In this document: piece by piece, positions 36,024-36,787 of the stretch
How the letters are laid out: the number at the start of each line of letters is the position of its first letter
Position numbering within the stretch: the stretch's first letter is position 1
From: Desulfuromusa sp.
GTDB taxonomy: Bacteria > Desulfobacterota > Desulfuromonadia > Desulfuromonadales > Geopsychrobacteraceae
Direction: 5' to 3'
Length of the DNA: 36,787 nucleotides
Assembly: GCA_029934755.1 (NCBI GenBank)
Contig: JAOZLQ010000002.1
Location: forward strand, 1 to 36,787
Program-made: the position numbers and the translations under genes
Notes under the pieces: model-generated
What the model was told of the DNA's origin: nothing
Seen by the model: the letters and a program-made list of their open reading frames with translations, nothing else
The model's database searches: none

Positions 36024-36787
36024 ATGGATAAGGGACAGGTTTTCAATAAAATTAAAACTCTTTTGGAGATGATCAAATTCTCTCATACAATTTTTGCCTT
36101 CCCTTTTGCTCTGATGGGGGTGGTTTTGGCTGCTCTGGCAAGCGGTAAAGCTCCCGGCATTGGCCAGGTTTTTTGGATTTGCATGGCGATGGTTGGAGCA
36201 CGAACTGCAGCGATGGGCTTAAATCGGTTGATCGATGCGAAAATTGATGCGAAAAATCCACGGACTGCGGATCGACATATTCCTGCTGGTAAAGTTTCAA
36301 CCTTTGAGGCTAGTTTGTTTATTCTGGTCGCCTTGGTTATTTTCTTTTTTTCTGCCTGGATGCTGAATCCGCTCTGTTTGAAACTGGCACCAATTGTTGT
36401 TGGTTTCTTTATTCTGTACGCTTATTGTAAACGGTTTACCCATCTTGCCCATGTCGTTCTGGGACTGTGCCTTGCCGCTGCGCCGATAGGAGCTTGGGTG
36501 GCATTACGTGGTGATCTTGGCTGGTCGGTAATTTCCTTGGGTATCGCAGTATTGTTCTGGGTCTCCGGTTTCGATGTTTTTTATGCATTGCAAGATTATG
36601 ATTATGATGTTGAACATGGTTTGCACTCAGTGCCGTCAAAATTAGGCAAAGAAAAATCTTTTCAACTGGTACGGATTTTTCATGGACTGATGTTGTTGTT
36701 CCTGCTTTTGGTCTTGCCGGGCAGTGGCTTGGGCTGGATTTATTTTGCTGGAGTTGTTGTGGTGGCTGGGTTGCTGGTTTATGAACA
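36024..36787 (+). CDS. UbiA-family prenyltransferase (MqnP-like), runs off the window end
   Basis: Manual translation: MDKGQVFNKIKTLLEMIKFSHTIFAFPFA...ARTAAMGLNRLIDAKIDAKNPRTADRHIPAG and later GFDVFYALQDYDYD. Confidence 0.9.
   Translation, partial: MDKGQVFNKIKTLLEMIKFSHTIFAFPFALMGVVLAALASGKAPGIGQVFWICMAMVGARTAAMGLNRLIDAKIDAKNPRTADRHIPAGKVSTFEASLFILVALVIFFFSAWMLNPLCLKLAPIVVGFFILYAYCKRFTHLAHVVLGLCLAAAPIGAWVALRGDLGWSVISLGIAVLFWVSGFDVFYALQDYDYDVEHGLHSVPSKLGKEKSFQLVRIFHGLMLLFLLLVLPGSGLGWIYFAGVVVVAGLLVYE

Noticed and set aside
35906-36076. N-terminal extension of the YqaA/DedA ORF to 36076
   Set aside because: It overlaps the divergent UbiA-family gene, and family similarity starts only near MLELL.
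285-36639. Numerous 60-165 aa antisense or alternate-frame ORFs in the track
   Set aside because: They lie within well-supported genes and show no recognisable motifs, so they are treated as shadow ORFs.

Overview
Most of this window (about 1.7-32.6 kb, + strand) is one near-continuous flagellar basal-body/hook/export/motor cluster. Gene content and order suggest a Desulfuromonadales-like deltaproteobacterium (inference). Order: TPR protein, flgB flgC fliE fliF fliG fliH fliI fliJ, MotE-like gene, fliK flgD, TIGR02530-type operon protein, flgE (split by a 1-nt frameshift), motA motB (Na+-type signatures), fliL fliM fliN fliO fliP fliQ fliR flhB flhA flhF flhG fliA, a small membrane protein, flgF flgG flgA flgH flgI flgJ. 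An M23 peptidase lies upstream. Downstream are three minus-strand genes (CinA/nucleotidyltransferase-like protein, MFS transporter, YqaA/DedA protein) and a partial UbiA/MqnP-like prenyltransferase. Two sigma-54 promoters each have an IHF-like site and share a near-identical 16-bp upstream motif. The main unexplained signals are: a two-hairpin leader between the TIGR02530 gene (possible RelE/DUF4258-like RNA-binding fold) and flgE; five intergenic palindromic elements from four apparent families, two of which share architecture but little sequence; the flgE frameshift; and a PflA-like secreted TPR protein heading the operon.
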